Of a stretch of 64,000 nt of DNA, positions 25,573 through 36,322 are shown in pieces. The translations under genes were made by a program, and so were the position numbers. The DNA comes from Phoronis australis (lineage: Eukaryota; Animalia; Phoronida): contig NMRA01000165.1 in the NCBI GenBank assembly GCA_002633005.1, forward strand, positions 310,600-374,599. The letters are read 5' to 3'. How positions within the stretch are numbered: position 1 is the stretch's first letter; the number at the start of each line of letters is the position of its first letter. The notes under the pieces were generated by a model. The model was not told the origin of the DNA and did not search any database. It worked only from the letters and a program-made list of their open reading frames with translations.

Positions 25573-26770
25573 GTAAGTTCTATGAATTAATAAATGAGCA
25601 GCAATAGAAACAATAAATAAATAAATAATAATAACCTAAGATTATTTGTAGACATTCTTTCCGCTTCATTTCAGCTTATAACTTCATGAGACGGATTTTA
25701 AACCAAGTTAATTTTGTCGAAATTCTTATGTTAAAAGCCCAGATAATGCTCATTCAACTCAACTCCAAATATGTTCAAACTTAACTGATTTTAATACGAA
25801 TGCTTTGTTGAAGTTTTATTTTTGATGGTGCACTAATACCTGAAATGACAGTCGTTGTGATTGACAGCTAACTCGTGCATTATGGGTTTTCACTCACTGA
25901 ACTGTTGCGTGATGCAATGAAGTTTCGGCAGAAACCCGGTCCACATATAAAAAACTTTTCAAAAAATTAATCGTAAATTGAAGGCAAACACAAACAGGGC
26001 TGAAACTTTCGAAATGTTAATATTTTGGTGACTAACGAAACTCATCCCGTGTTCTCAATTAGTGAGCGCAAATGAAAGAGTTCTTTAAAAGTTTGATCGT
26101 TGTCTTTGTAAACTTGTCACCCGCTTGATGCAAATGAAAGTCGCGATGTTCTTTTTGTCGTTGTCACTGTCATGAACGGGTCGTTAATGCATTCCAGTTT
26201 CAATAATAAAGTTACTATAGCAGCCAATTATAAGTTTTCGTTGCGTCAACAGTTTTAAAAACATGGAAGTCATTTACTTGTATGATAAGCAAGAAACGGA
26301 GTTACGGTAACGTGACGATTTTCAGTCCCTTTTTCAGCGTATTACGCATAAGGCAAGCCACACACGAAGAGGCAACTGCTGCGCTCTAAATTTTGGCGAG
26401 GCCGTGGCTGCGTACTCGTCGCTAGGCTGCACACAGCACTCTAACCTGAACTAGCTTCATGTGATCAGCTGGGTGTCACATGACACGATAATAGCGAAAT
26501 TGCTTAGAGTGTGCGTGAGCATGTATTCAGCTTGAGCAATCGAACGCGCAGCACCTCCGCACGCCGTGGAGCTTTGGCAAAATTATCCAGCATGATAGAC
26601 ACCGGTCGCAACGATATCACGAGTCTGAGCCGCGGTTAATGCAGAACGCCTCACACAAAATAGAAAAACTGCAGCGCTGATTACGCGCGACCGATCCTGC
26701 TTCGGGTGCAGCTACCTTATCACAAATAGCAACTAACGACTTTATCTGCAACGATTTGCTTAACTTTCAG

Positions 26771-26970
26771 CGTCTCCTATTCGTCTCCTTGTTAAGGCCT
26801 ACTTCGCTCGTGGCTCTCCTTGCTGTCGACCAAGTCATTTTTTTGACCATTCTCTAACAGCATCGCATCATGCAGAAGAGCAAGAAGCGGTGAAACGTTG
26901 TGCAAAACAAATAGCAAAGCTTGTCACCATATTTACGTCCATCATCACGTGCTTTACGATTTATTCTTTG
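26771..26970 (+). CDS. SLC15A4-like transporter, exon 6
   Basis: SSPIRLLVKAYF...HFFDHS...AVKRCAKQIAKLVTIFTSIITCFTIYSL; CAG/GTAAG; phase 1 to 0. Confidence 0.85.
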
Positions 26971-27007
26971 GTAAGTGCTGTAATTACTTCATGAATTTCA
27001 TTGAAGA

Positions 27008-27166
27008 CCGGACGTGCGTTCAGTAGACGCTAGGACCTCGCTAAAAAGCAAGACTTCGCGAGATTACGTGAGATGTTGCCGTGCATTTTAAATGAGAGCA
27101 CGTGACTTTGACTAGGTTTTAGCTAGGTCCTAGCGTGGGTCCTAGCGTCTACTGAACGCACGCCGG
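27008..27166. mobile_element. ~160-bp MITE with ~28-bp TIRs
   Basis: CCGG(A)CGTGCGTTCAGTAGACGCTAGGACC ... GGTCCTAGCGTCTACTGAACGCACGCCGG. Confidence 0.85.
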
Positions 27167-27483
27167 GTTTGGCTAACTATACTAACGACCGACCGGCGCT
27201 GACGAATTTCTAATGTAACTGGTGGTAAATGAGGTATACAAATGAGATATAGCTAATGGAAGCCAAACTAAAAGTGACACAAATGGAGATCTTGATCGTG
27301 TTCGTAGCGCATTTTAACTTAATGTATCACAACTTTGGGGTGTGCTCTTTTATTTCCCATTTACCATGGATTTCTATGCGACTTCCGTAAAGGAAACTTG
27401 TGGACAGTTTTCCATTTGCGTCCCCTTTTGTGCTGGTCAGTGTCTGGGTTCACTTGAATTAATCGGATACTAATTTATTTCAG

Positions 27484-27667
27484 AAAAATTCCAGATTTGA
27501 AGAGCAAGCCAACGCGACAAATTTGCATTTTCCTGGGTTAAATCATAATCTGGATTCTCCAACCTTTTACGATGGTGTCTTCTGTATTTTGTTTGCCCCA
27601 CTACTGTATTTTGGGGTATTCCCTATAGTAAATCGATGTGTGCCGTTGTCGCCATTGCGCCGAATAG
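27484..27667 (+). CDS. SLC15A4-like transporter, exon 7
   Basis: KNSRFEEQANATNL...FYDGVFCILFAPLLYFGVFPIVNRCVPLSPLRRI(G), the POT (S/T)PLxRIG motif. Confidence 0.9.
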
Positions 27668-28029
27668 GTTAGTATCTCAATATGAAATTTTCGAATATAT
27701 TTTTGTTAAAAGGCTTTATTTGAACGACATCAAATTACAAATTACCTTTACTGGCTCGGTGAAAAGTTTCAAAAATGATGTGATCGTTTCCTAAAGTATC
27801 ATTTGCTATCCGTTTTGTGCTACTTTTGATTGTTTGTAAATATTCCCTCGTGCAAAAGTAGAACATTTTGAAAACAATTTTAATAGAGGTTTGGAGAATA
27901 GTGCATAGTACACGTTTCAAATCGGAATCAGGTCAGCTATTTCTGAAACTTATATGACGTTACGAGGTTAACCACATTCAGACATTGGTTCCTACAAAAC
28001 CTTAAAGATGCATTTGCATGCTACTAACT

Positions 28030-28385
28030 ATGCTGCCTAATATATAGCAGGAAGAAACGACAATGTTATTTCAACATCATCTACGCTAAACAAAGTACAG
28101 TTGTATTCACTGACAACTTGTAAATGTGAAAACAAAAAAATTCTGCAAATAGGTGACCTTTGCACTAATGGCGTACCTTGGAGGCTTATCATGCAGTGTT
28201 ATTCCCCAACACCACGTCACGATACTTACTAGATACGGTTGAGTGATTTACGGGGAATCATTTTCGACACATAACTTGTTCTTTAAAAAACTGGGCAATT
28301 TTCAACCTGCTTCATATTCATATCGTCGGTATGTGTTGTGTTTCTAACTAATTTGACGAAGCAATCACAGAGATAAGGAGTTAGC
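28030..28385 (+). repeat. Interspersed repeat, related to the copy at 32677-33013
   Basis: Shared AACATCATCTA..CTAAACAAAGT.CAGTT...TGCAAATAGGTGAC...ACGGTTGAGTGATTT...ATCATTTTCGACAC. Confidence 0.8.
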
Positions 28386-28604
28386 GGGCGAGTTCCAGTT
28401 TATAATGAAGTCTTAAAAAATCAACTAGTAAGCGGTTGATCGCGGTGTTAAATCTGAAACGTCAAACCACTTAAGTCTTGAGGAATAATGAGTTTACCTT
28501 GCGTGGATCCCTCTGCATCAAAGTCACACTTGCACTCGTCACTACATGAAGAAGTGCGTTTTCTTTGTGTAGGGGCTTTACTACAAAACGCATTATTATG
28601 TGTT

Positions 28605-28907
28605 GTTGTGATGATTTGGATTTGGCGCAGATATACCGTCATAACTTGTGCTCATAACACGATGTACGTTTTGTGTAGGTTTAGGTTTGGTGCTGATACA
28701 CCGACATAAAGTGTACTCATTACACGATGTGCACACTGTGTAGTTTTGGGTTTGGTGCTGATATACCGACATAAAGAGCACCCCATTACACGATGTACGC
28801 TTTGTGTAGGTTTGCATTTGGTGCTGGTATACCGACATAAAGTGTACTCATCTTTACGCGAAGTAATACAATACAACTTTGACGTAGGGTTTGGTTTGGT
28901 GTTGATG
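28605..28907 (+). repeat. ~65-bp tandem repeat containing copies of the exon-8 splice acceptor
   Basis: About 4 units of GTGTAG.TT..GTTTGGTGCTGATATACCGACATAAAG...CATTACACGATGT, ending in the exon start TAGGGTTTGGTTTGGTGTTGAT. Confidence 0.85.
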
Positions 28908-29025
28908 CCTCTATCCCTGATGGCGTCGGGCATTGTACAGATTCATCTAGCTGACTGTTTATGGTGGAGCACCTTACCACAGATTGGAATGTTCGCTCTG
29001 GGAGAGGTTGCCGTTGTTCTATCAG
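28888..29025 (+). CDS. SLC15A4-like transporter, exon 8
   Basis: GFGLVLMPLSLMASGIVQ...WWSTLPQIGMFALGEVAVVLS (TM9-TM10, PQ...GE motif). Confidence 0.85.
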
Positions 29026-30342
29026 GTTTGACACCAGCCTTTTCTTTGGATGATTGATTTAGTTGGTCGTGAAACTTCAAAACTAAATAATTCCGTTTGT
29101 AGTCATAAGCGTAATTTTGTTGAATAACCGATCAGAAGCCTAATTTGCGCACTTCGGTACGGGTGACTGCTAAACAACTAACCAGAAACCAAATAACAGG
29201 CGTAGTTACGCACGCGGCTACGGAAGGAGTTTTATTAGTTCTGAAATATTTGGCCAACAAGAGCGAAGGGTGTCATCCGGGAACGTCATGAACAAATGAA
29301 AGAGACCAGCAACAAGTCTTTGAGCACGAGAAGCTAGAAAGCATTAAAACGTTGTTTTCATAAATGCACAATGCGTGATGCGTGAGGTATGTAACCTGTG
29401 CTAATGTCTTTTCTTGTTTCCACTCGTAAAAATCAACAGGGGGAGCTTTTTTAAATTACAACTGAATTTGAGTAAAGTATGGCAAAGTTTCGTTTGAATC
29501 CGATCAATCAAGTTTCTAAGTTATGATGCTCCCAATTTAGCCAAGTTTGGAAATTTTCTGGAGTTCTAAATAGCCTCAGTCAGGTTTTTGGCAATGGTAC
29601 GCATTTTGACCTCAGAACTACTGACTCCGGATGCATGAAACAGTCCCAACAGGGACTCGACTATGCTCTCTAAATCTTCAGCGCATGTACAGACCGTGTT
29701 CACTCATCAATGTTTTATCAGTTTTCCAAAACTTTATTTTTGTTGTGAGTTTCTGTAATACTTATGACATTTTCGAATGATGCATCTGAAGTCTGAGCTC
29801 TTATTTCAAATAAAGTTAATGTACCATTGCTTAATTTTCAGTAATAATAAGAATTCAACTTATGATTCACTTTCGTTGTGTATCACTCAGCAATGAAGCT
29901 GTAATACCAAAAACGATCGCCAGTGTTTGTTCACAAGTTCATAAATGAGATGAATTTTTAAGGAAACATAGTTGAGTACCTATTGGGAGCCTTTCATGCA
30001 ACCAGTCACAGGCCTCTTGCCTGGGGCACCTTCCTGCTATTTCTTGGTAATTCACCTCACTAATAAGTAAATCTTACATGCTTTTGGAGCGACTATGTTC
30101 ACAACTGTGTGATTCAATTGCTGTACTGGAAGGTATACAATGTATACCCGTGGATCATTAAAATGCCGGTACCTATATGATGCCTTCTACTGCAGAACGT
30201 TTTACGCTTGTCCACTCGGGAGTCAACAACTTAACATAGTTAATTGATGACACAACAATTTTGTTTCAGTCGTTTTCGTGTTTGTTTTTTCCTGTCTATT
30301 TAGTGGGTTATCAGTAAGGGCTTAGATTCTACGTCATTTCAG

Positions 30343-30465
30343 GTTTGGAGTTCAGCTTTACTCAAGCACCACAAGGATTAGTAGCAAGTGTCATGGGTCT
30401 GTTTATGTGTTCCGAAGGTGTCGGTGCTTTCGTGGGTTATATAATACAGATTGCATCTGGGGCAG
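30343..30465 (+). CDS. SLC15A4-like transporter, exon 9
   Basis: GLEFSFTQAPQGLVASVMGLFMCSEGVGAFVG, the classic GLEFxYxxAP motif. Confidence 0.92.
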
Positions 30466-31478
30466 GTAACTAAATCTTTCAGCAAATTTTTACCGCAAAT
30501 TAAAAAAATTTCCCACATTGCCCGGACAATTTGGCAGTGGCAGGTTTTTGTTTAGAAAATTGTAATTTACCGTAGATTTGTCAGTGTCGAAAAATGTATC
30601 CCGGTGTACAGCTAACTACAAAAATACCCCGGATCTAATTACGACCGTGAATGGATTTTAATGTATAATAACCGGGTTCCATCAAAGAAACCAAATTTTG
30701 ATTTAGAACCCTCTCTGGTTTCATGTTGTTCCATACGCAGATGCGGAGAAAGGGGGTTATTGCCCCCTCCAGATTAAGGCAAACCGGGCAGTGAAGCATC
30801 TAATTGACAAATAGAAATACATATAGTAAGGGCCTTAGCAACCGAAGTGAGAGGTGGGGGAATTGATGGCGCCTGGCGAAAGGGTAGCTGCTTGAGACCT
30901 GGGGTCCGAGGTTGGTTGGTGAGCGAGGAGCTGAAATTGGTGGCAACCACCAGGGGAGAATTCTTCCACGCCTTCATTCGAGCAAAGCTACGTTGCTCAT
31001 GTCCCCCCCCCCCCCCCCCCCCCCATCGCCNNNNNNNNNNNNNNNNNNNNNNNNNNNNNNNNNNNNNNNNNNNNNNNNNNNNNNNNNNNNNNNNNNNNNN
31101 NNNNNNNNNNNNNNNNNNNNNNNNNNNNNNNNNNNNNNNNNNNNNNNNNNNNNNNNNNNNNNNNNNNNNNNNNNNNNNNNNNNNNNNNNNNNNNNNNNNN
31201 NNNNNNNNNNNNNNNNNNNNNNNNNNNNNNNNNNNNNNNNNNNNNNNNNNNNNNNNNNNNNNNNNNNNNNNNNNNNNNNNNNNNNNNNNNNNNNNNNNNN
31301 NNNNNNNNNNNNNNNNNNNNNNNNNNNNNNNNNNNNNNNNNNNNNNNNNNNNNNNNNNNNNNNNNNNNNNNNNNNNNNNNNNNNNNNNNNNNNNNNNNNN
31401 NNNNNNNNNNNNNNNNNNNNNNNNNNNNNNNNNNNNNNNNNNNNNNNNNNNNNNNNNNNNNNNNNNNNNNNNNNNNNN

Positions 31479-31592
31479 AAGTTCTTGGTTTGCAGGGAAC
31501 ACATAAAAACTCAGATTTTTATCTCTCTTGTTGTTTTTGAAGCAGCCAGGAACACAACAAATGTATCCGCCGTAAGTTTTCTTCGCGCTCAT
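31479..31592 (-). mobile_element. THAP zinc-finger N-terminus (probable DNA-transposon ORF), truncated by the assembly gap
   Basis: [38 protein letters not shown] fits the THAP consensus CxVxGC...SFxxFP; antisense inside SLC15 intron 9. Confidence 0.7.
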
Positions 31593-32140
31593 ACCGCATG
31601 TTATGCTTGATACTATGGCTGCTTTCGGAATCCTGACCACAACACCCACAATGCACCATTTTAACATAATTTCAATGTGGCGTCGCTGCAAATCCGCTAT
31701 TATCTCTCTGTATTTTATTGCTTTGGCCTTACAAAACTTTATCGACCCTGGGACATTTTGATACATTGTTCAAGCTACCCTTGGAGCTCGTGTTTGAGTA
31801 AATCTGAACAATGAATATTTTCGAAAAAATATCCCAAAAATGCTCAAAAAAGTGGATTAGTGAAATATGCTGTTTTGAAGATACATTAGAAAAAGGAAGC
31901 CACTCACTCACTGTTTGTTATCATATTGTGAATACGAACACGTCCGGGTATTCGTTTGACGTTCGTAAGCAGACGAACGCTGGAAACTTCAACGCCAGAT
32001 GTCGCAGGACCGCGCAGAAGAGGAAATAAGATCGTTCACGACTTTATGGCTCTCACGACTTTAGGGCCTCTGACGGTATGTGTTGAAAGCTCATTCTGAT
32101 GATACTATTAATTTTTCCACGTTCCACTTATGATTTTCAG

Positions 32141-32295
32141 ACGAATCTGATGCGGCAGCTGTGACGGCTATATTTTCCTTGTTTGGTGCCTCCGTTTTAA
32201 GTTTTATATTTTTCATTGTGGTCTCGAGACACTATGAATACAATATAAGAGAGGAATTACAAGATGATGGTCAAGAGATGGATCAGGCCTCCTGA
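32141..32295 (+). CDS. SLC15A4-like transporter, exon 10 (last TM, stop)
   Basis: DESDAAAVTAIFSLFGASVLSFIFFIVVSRHYEY...QAS-TGA; total CDS 1452 nt = 483 aa. Confidence 0.85.
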
Positions 32296-32676
32296 GAAGC
32301 AAACATTATCAGGAAATACTGGTTGAAGGGTTCAAGTATAGTGCTCAGTGACCAAGACGCTTAGCTGTGAAAAATTTAGCGACCTCATAATGGGGAACGC
32401 TATGGTTTTTGATGTTGATGTTTAGTAAGAATACAGATCCAGGGTGAGCCAAAAGCATACTAGTTCCTTACATGAATGTTATGACATGAGATAGACACTT
32501 GGTCTTACCCTCCCACTTCACCACTGTTGAAAAAAGTTTAGCCAGGAAATTATGAGAGCACCACGGTCTAGAAATAGGTAGTAGAAATTATTTCAGAAAC
32601 TAGAAATTATGTATTCTCGCAGACCAAATTTTGTACTTCAGTCTTAAAGGTGTATTTACAATCTTCTAATGTACAG

Positions 32677-33013
32677 AAGGAAGTAAACGACAAAGCTATT
32701 TGAACATCATCTAATCTAAACAAAGTGCAGTTATATTAATGGACAACTTCGTAAGTGTGAAAACAAGAAAATATGCAAATAGGTGACTTTTTCACTAATG
32801 GCTACCTTGGGCTCTCACATAACCCGCATCGTGCAGTGGTATTCCCGAACACCACGTTACGATGCTTAATAGACACGGTTGAGTGATTTGCAGCAGATCA
32901 TTTTCGACACAAAACTCGTTCTTAAAAACCTTTGGAAATTTTCAATGTACTTCATATTCGATCATGTTGTGTTCCTAACTTATTTGATGAAGCAGTTACA
33001 GAAATAAGGAATT
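32677..33013 (+). repeat. Interspersed repeat, second copy of 28030-28385
   Basis: Same orientation, colinear similarity. Confidence 0.8.
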
Positions 33014-33583
33014 ATCGTGCAAGTTCCACTGTAAGACGCTGTACATGAAACAGAACTCTGGTCTGTGTTTTGTGAAAATCGAGTCGGTGGTATTTTTGTA
33101 TATATTTTTTAGATCTTCCTGAGACAAGTGACGATAATGCATGCTGGTTTTTTTTACTCAACTCAAACCAGTTTCGGTGGGGCAGGGCTGGCGTCACTCC
33201 GTGCCAGTGTTCCAAAAATCCCGCCCTTCTTTTCCTCATCGGTTACAGCAAACTTAGACATTACGTGATAATTTTTTTTTTCTTTAGAACACCATATTTC
33301 TCCAAAACCAAATTCTGTTACCCTCAGAAAAGTGTTTGATGAATAGAATTTCGGAGCCAATACCGCGACGAGCCGCCATGAAAAAGTAGACTTGACTGCA
33401 AGAACGCATGAATAAGAATTCCATGACCTATGTGCGATGTCGCAGATTCGAGACGATGTCTTCGGTCAAGTTCCCCCCCGCGCCCTTCCCCAGTCCGTTT
33501 CATTACGATTTTGGCACGAGCTCGATTGTCGTGAGTGACTAACTTTGGTGTGACTGCGCTGTTTACAAGACATAATTCACGGT

Positions 33584-34942
33584 TTTCCATCGAAACAGGA
33601 ACCCCGATGAAAACAGATACACCGGAGTCAAAAACAGACTCCCGCACTTTCAAAACAGCTAACCAGTCCTAAAAACACGAAACCCGACCTTTAAAACAGG
33701 AACCCCAGGGACCAGACAGGACACCCGGAGACCGAAACACCACTTCTGCACTTTCTGTCAAACATGTTTGTTTGACAGAAAAATAAATCTTTGTACTTAA
33801 AATAGTTGCTGTGATATGTTGTTTTTAGACAACTTATGATGGATTGACCTTCTACACGAACATTATTTCGTTGCTAAAGTTGTGGTGTGATTTTTTGCGT
33901 CCGCTTTCGACGCCATGAAATATTACGTCACCTATTGTCCACTTTCTTTTTCCCCAATTTTTCAATTAAATGCTCTTCTTTCTCGAGGTTGCGTAGGCCT
34001 ACATGTCACAACAAATTATCAACAGTGGCACTCGAAAGTCGAAATCATATTGTTGACTTTCAATTTTGAAAATATTTTTGGGCAAATAATGGAATAATCT
34101 GAAATAAACAAAATATTCACCGAGATAACAACGTGTTGAGAGTATAGATTATGTTGAAATTCGCCCACAGATAAGTTGCAAGTTTTACCGATAAAAGTCA
34201 AATAACAAAGGCAATATAATATAGCTTACGTTTTATTATTCACAATTTTTAAAGAGGCATGGAATGCGAAAGCTCGTCAAAAAATTTCTAAAAAACAATT
34301 CATGACGAAAGTACCATCTGACAACGTCTAGTACAGAGTAATTAACTTTCCTCTGTGAGGAAATGTCCAGAAAAAGTCACAAAATTCACAATTTTGAAAT
34401 ACGAGCCAAGGAAAAACTCCCTCCCACTTGTGATAAATATGAGCATGGGCTCACAGTCAGTTGCTTGAAGTTGCTTGAGGTCAAAGGTCACATTTTCTAT
34501 ATAACGGAAATGTGCTACGCCTATGTTGCCATACCAAATAAGGAGACGTGGTTTTCCTTGTGGGAGAAAAATCTACAATGAAAATGACGAGGCAGGCATT
34601 TTTTTGAAATTTGAAACTAAAAGAAAATGTTTTGAACTGAAATTGAAAATCTTTACGAACAAACCCTAAATTACTTGGTGAGCTCGTTGAATTCTGTTTC
34701 AGTAACAGTGAACCACTTTCAACATTGCAATTTAGTCTGTTTATCGCGTTCCTGGTCTCTTTAACAAACAAATCTAACTCAAAGTTTGAGGCTACTGAAA
34801 AATTTCCGGGTTTCCTGTCCTATTTCAAAGGTCGGGGTGCGTGTTTTTCTGACTCTTTAGTGTTTAGCTGTTTTGAAGGTGCTGGAGTCTGTTTTCGACT
34901 CCGGGATATCTGTTTTACATCAGGGTTCATGTTTCGATGGAA
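33584..34942. mobile_element. ~1.36-kb foldback element with ~150-bp imperfect TIRs
   Basis: TTCCATCGAAACA.GAACCC.GATG.AAACAGATA..CCGGAGTC.AAAACAGACTCC at 33584-33720 mirrored at 34800-34942. Confidence 0.75.
34480..34750 (+). repeat. Interspersed repeat with further copies at ~37265-37530 and ~61730-61910
   Basis: Shared core TTTTTT(G/T)AAATTTGAAACTAAA.G.AAATGTTTTGA plus flanks in three places. Confidence 0.75.
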
Positions 34943-35154
34943 CAGACTGTTATTTATTGAAATGTAGTTACTTAGTTACATAAATTGTGGTATTTTTATT
35001 CCTACTTTTAACTGTACTATTTGTTTATGTTAATTAGCGAAGTCATATTGTGACTCCGAAACACGGTGTGCAATTTGGGCTGTTTTTCTGTGTTTTACCC
35101 GATTAATCTGCCCATCTCTAAGGACTGAGAGTGAAAACGTGTACAAATTGGAAC

Positions 35155-35365
35155 CATTTTAATAAATTGTCGAATAAGTGCATGATGATATTTCTCCCAT
35201 TGGTAACGTGCACATAATATCGTTCATTTTAATAAATTGTCGAATAAGTGCATGATGATATTTCTCCCATTGGTAACGTGCACATAATATCGTTCATTTT
35301 AATAAATTGTCGAATAAGTGCATGATGATATTTCTCCCATTGGTAACGTGCACATAATATCGTTC
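35155..35365. repeat. Perfect 70-bp tandem repeat, 3 copies
   Basis: CATTTTAATAAATTGTCGAATAAG...CATAATATCGTT units start at 35155, 35225 and 35295. Confidence 0.95.
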
Positions 35366-35559
35366 CATCCCGAAGTACACTAGTCCTTACCCCAGACATC
35401 GATGTCTGCAAAACGCATTTAACCTGCGACTGATCTCTATCGGCTTGTGTGAAGACGTCAGCCCGTTGTCTAAGCAAAATCGTCCGACATTTGACTTTTT
35501 TTACCTCTTGTGATGCCACGGTTATCCTCTAAATAATTTTCATTTGCCCATCTTACCAG

Positions 35560-36322
35560 AGATTAGTATTTTTTTACCTTACTTATGTTTAGTCACTACC
35601 TATTACTTGTAATTATATTAGTCATATACTGACTTTACTTGTAATTGTATTAGTCATATAAATGACCTTACTTGTAATTGTATTAGTCATAATAAATGAC
35701 CTTATATCGCCTACCCCGGTCTTGGTTTCATCTCTGGTAACGAGCTTGCGACGCACGAACTATTATATATCATTCGGGACATATGTCGATCACAAATGGT
35801 ATTTCATTCGTTAAATATATTTATGTGAGCATGTGGACCCGTCTTACTCCTTTCCCCCCCTCAATTCGGTCTAGTCCATTAATTCTTTTGTGTAGGACTA
35901 CTCGTCGTTCTCCCAGTCTCATTGGTCAATTGTTATCACGTGCCCAGACTTTGGTCAGCTCCGGGGCTCTCATAGGCTGATGATTGTCACGTGGCCTTAG
36001 GAATTCACATTGTTATTGTAACCTCGTTTCCTGTTCACCTTCTTCGTTTCGGCCTCGTCCACGTACGTCTCAAACTTCTTAAATTTTTCCCACCCCCTGC
36101 CATCCCCCTTTTCGGCAAGGGATTAGTATTTTTTACCTTACTTTTGTTTAGTCACTACCTATTACTTGTATTAGTCATATAAATGACCTTACTTGTAATT
36201 GTGTTAGTCATGATAATTAATGACCTTATATCGCCTACCCCGTTCTTGGTTTCGTCTCTGGTAACGAGCTTGCGACGCACAAACTATTATATATCATTCG
36301 GGACATATGTCGATCATAAATA
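35560..36322. repeat. Pair of ~200-240-bp direct repeats flanking a ~320-bp core
   Basis: GATTAGTATTTTTTACCTTACTT...CGGGACATATGTCGATCA at 35561-35797 and 36121-36321. Confidence 0.85.

Noticed and set aside
26326-26460. Candidate SLC15 exon after TTTTCAG
   Set aside because: Hits a TAA within a few codons in the required phase; 26771-26970 fits instead.
35155-35365. CRISPR-like array (also considered for 28605-28907)
   Set aside because: Units are contiguous with no unique spacers, there are no cas genes, and the context is eukaryotic.
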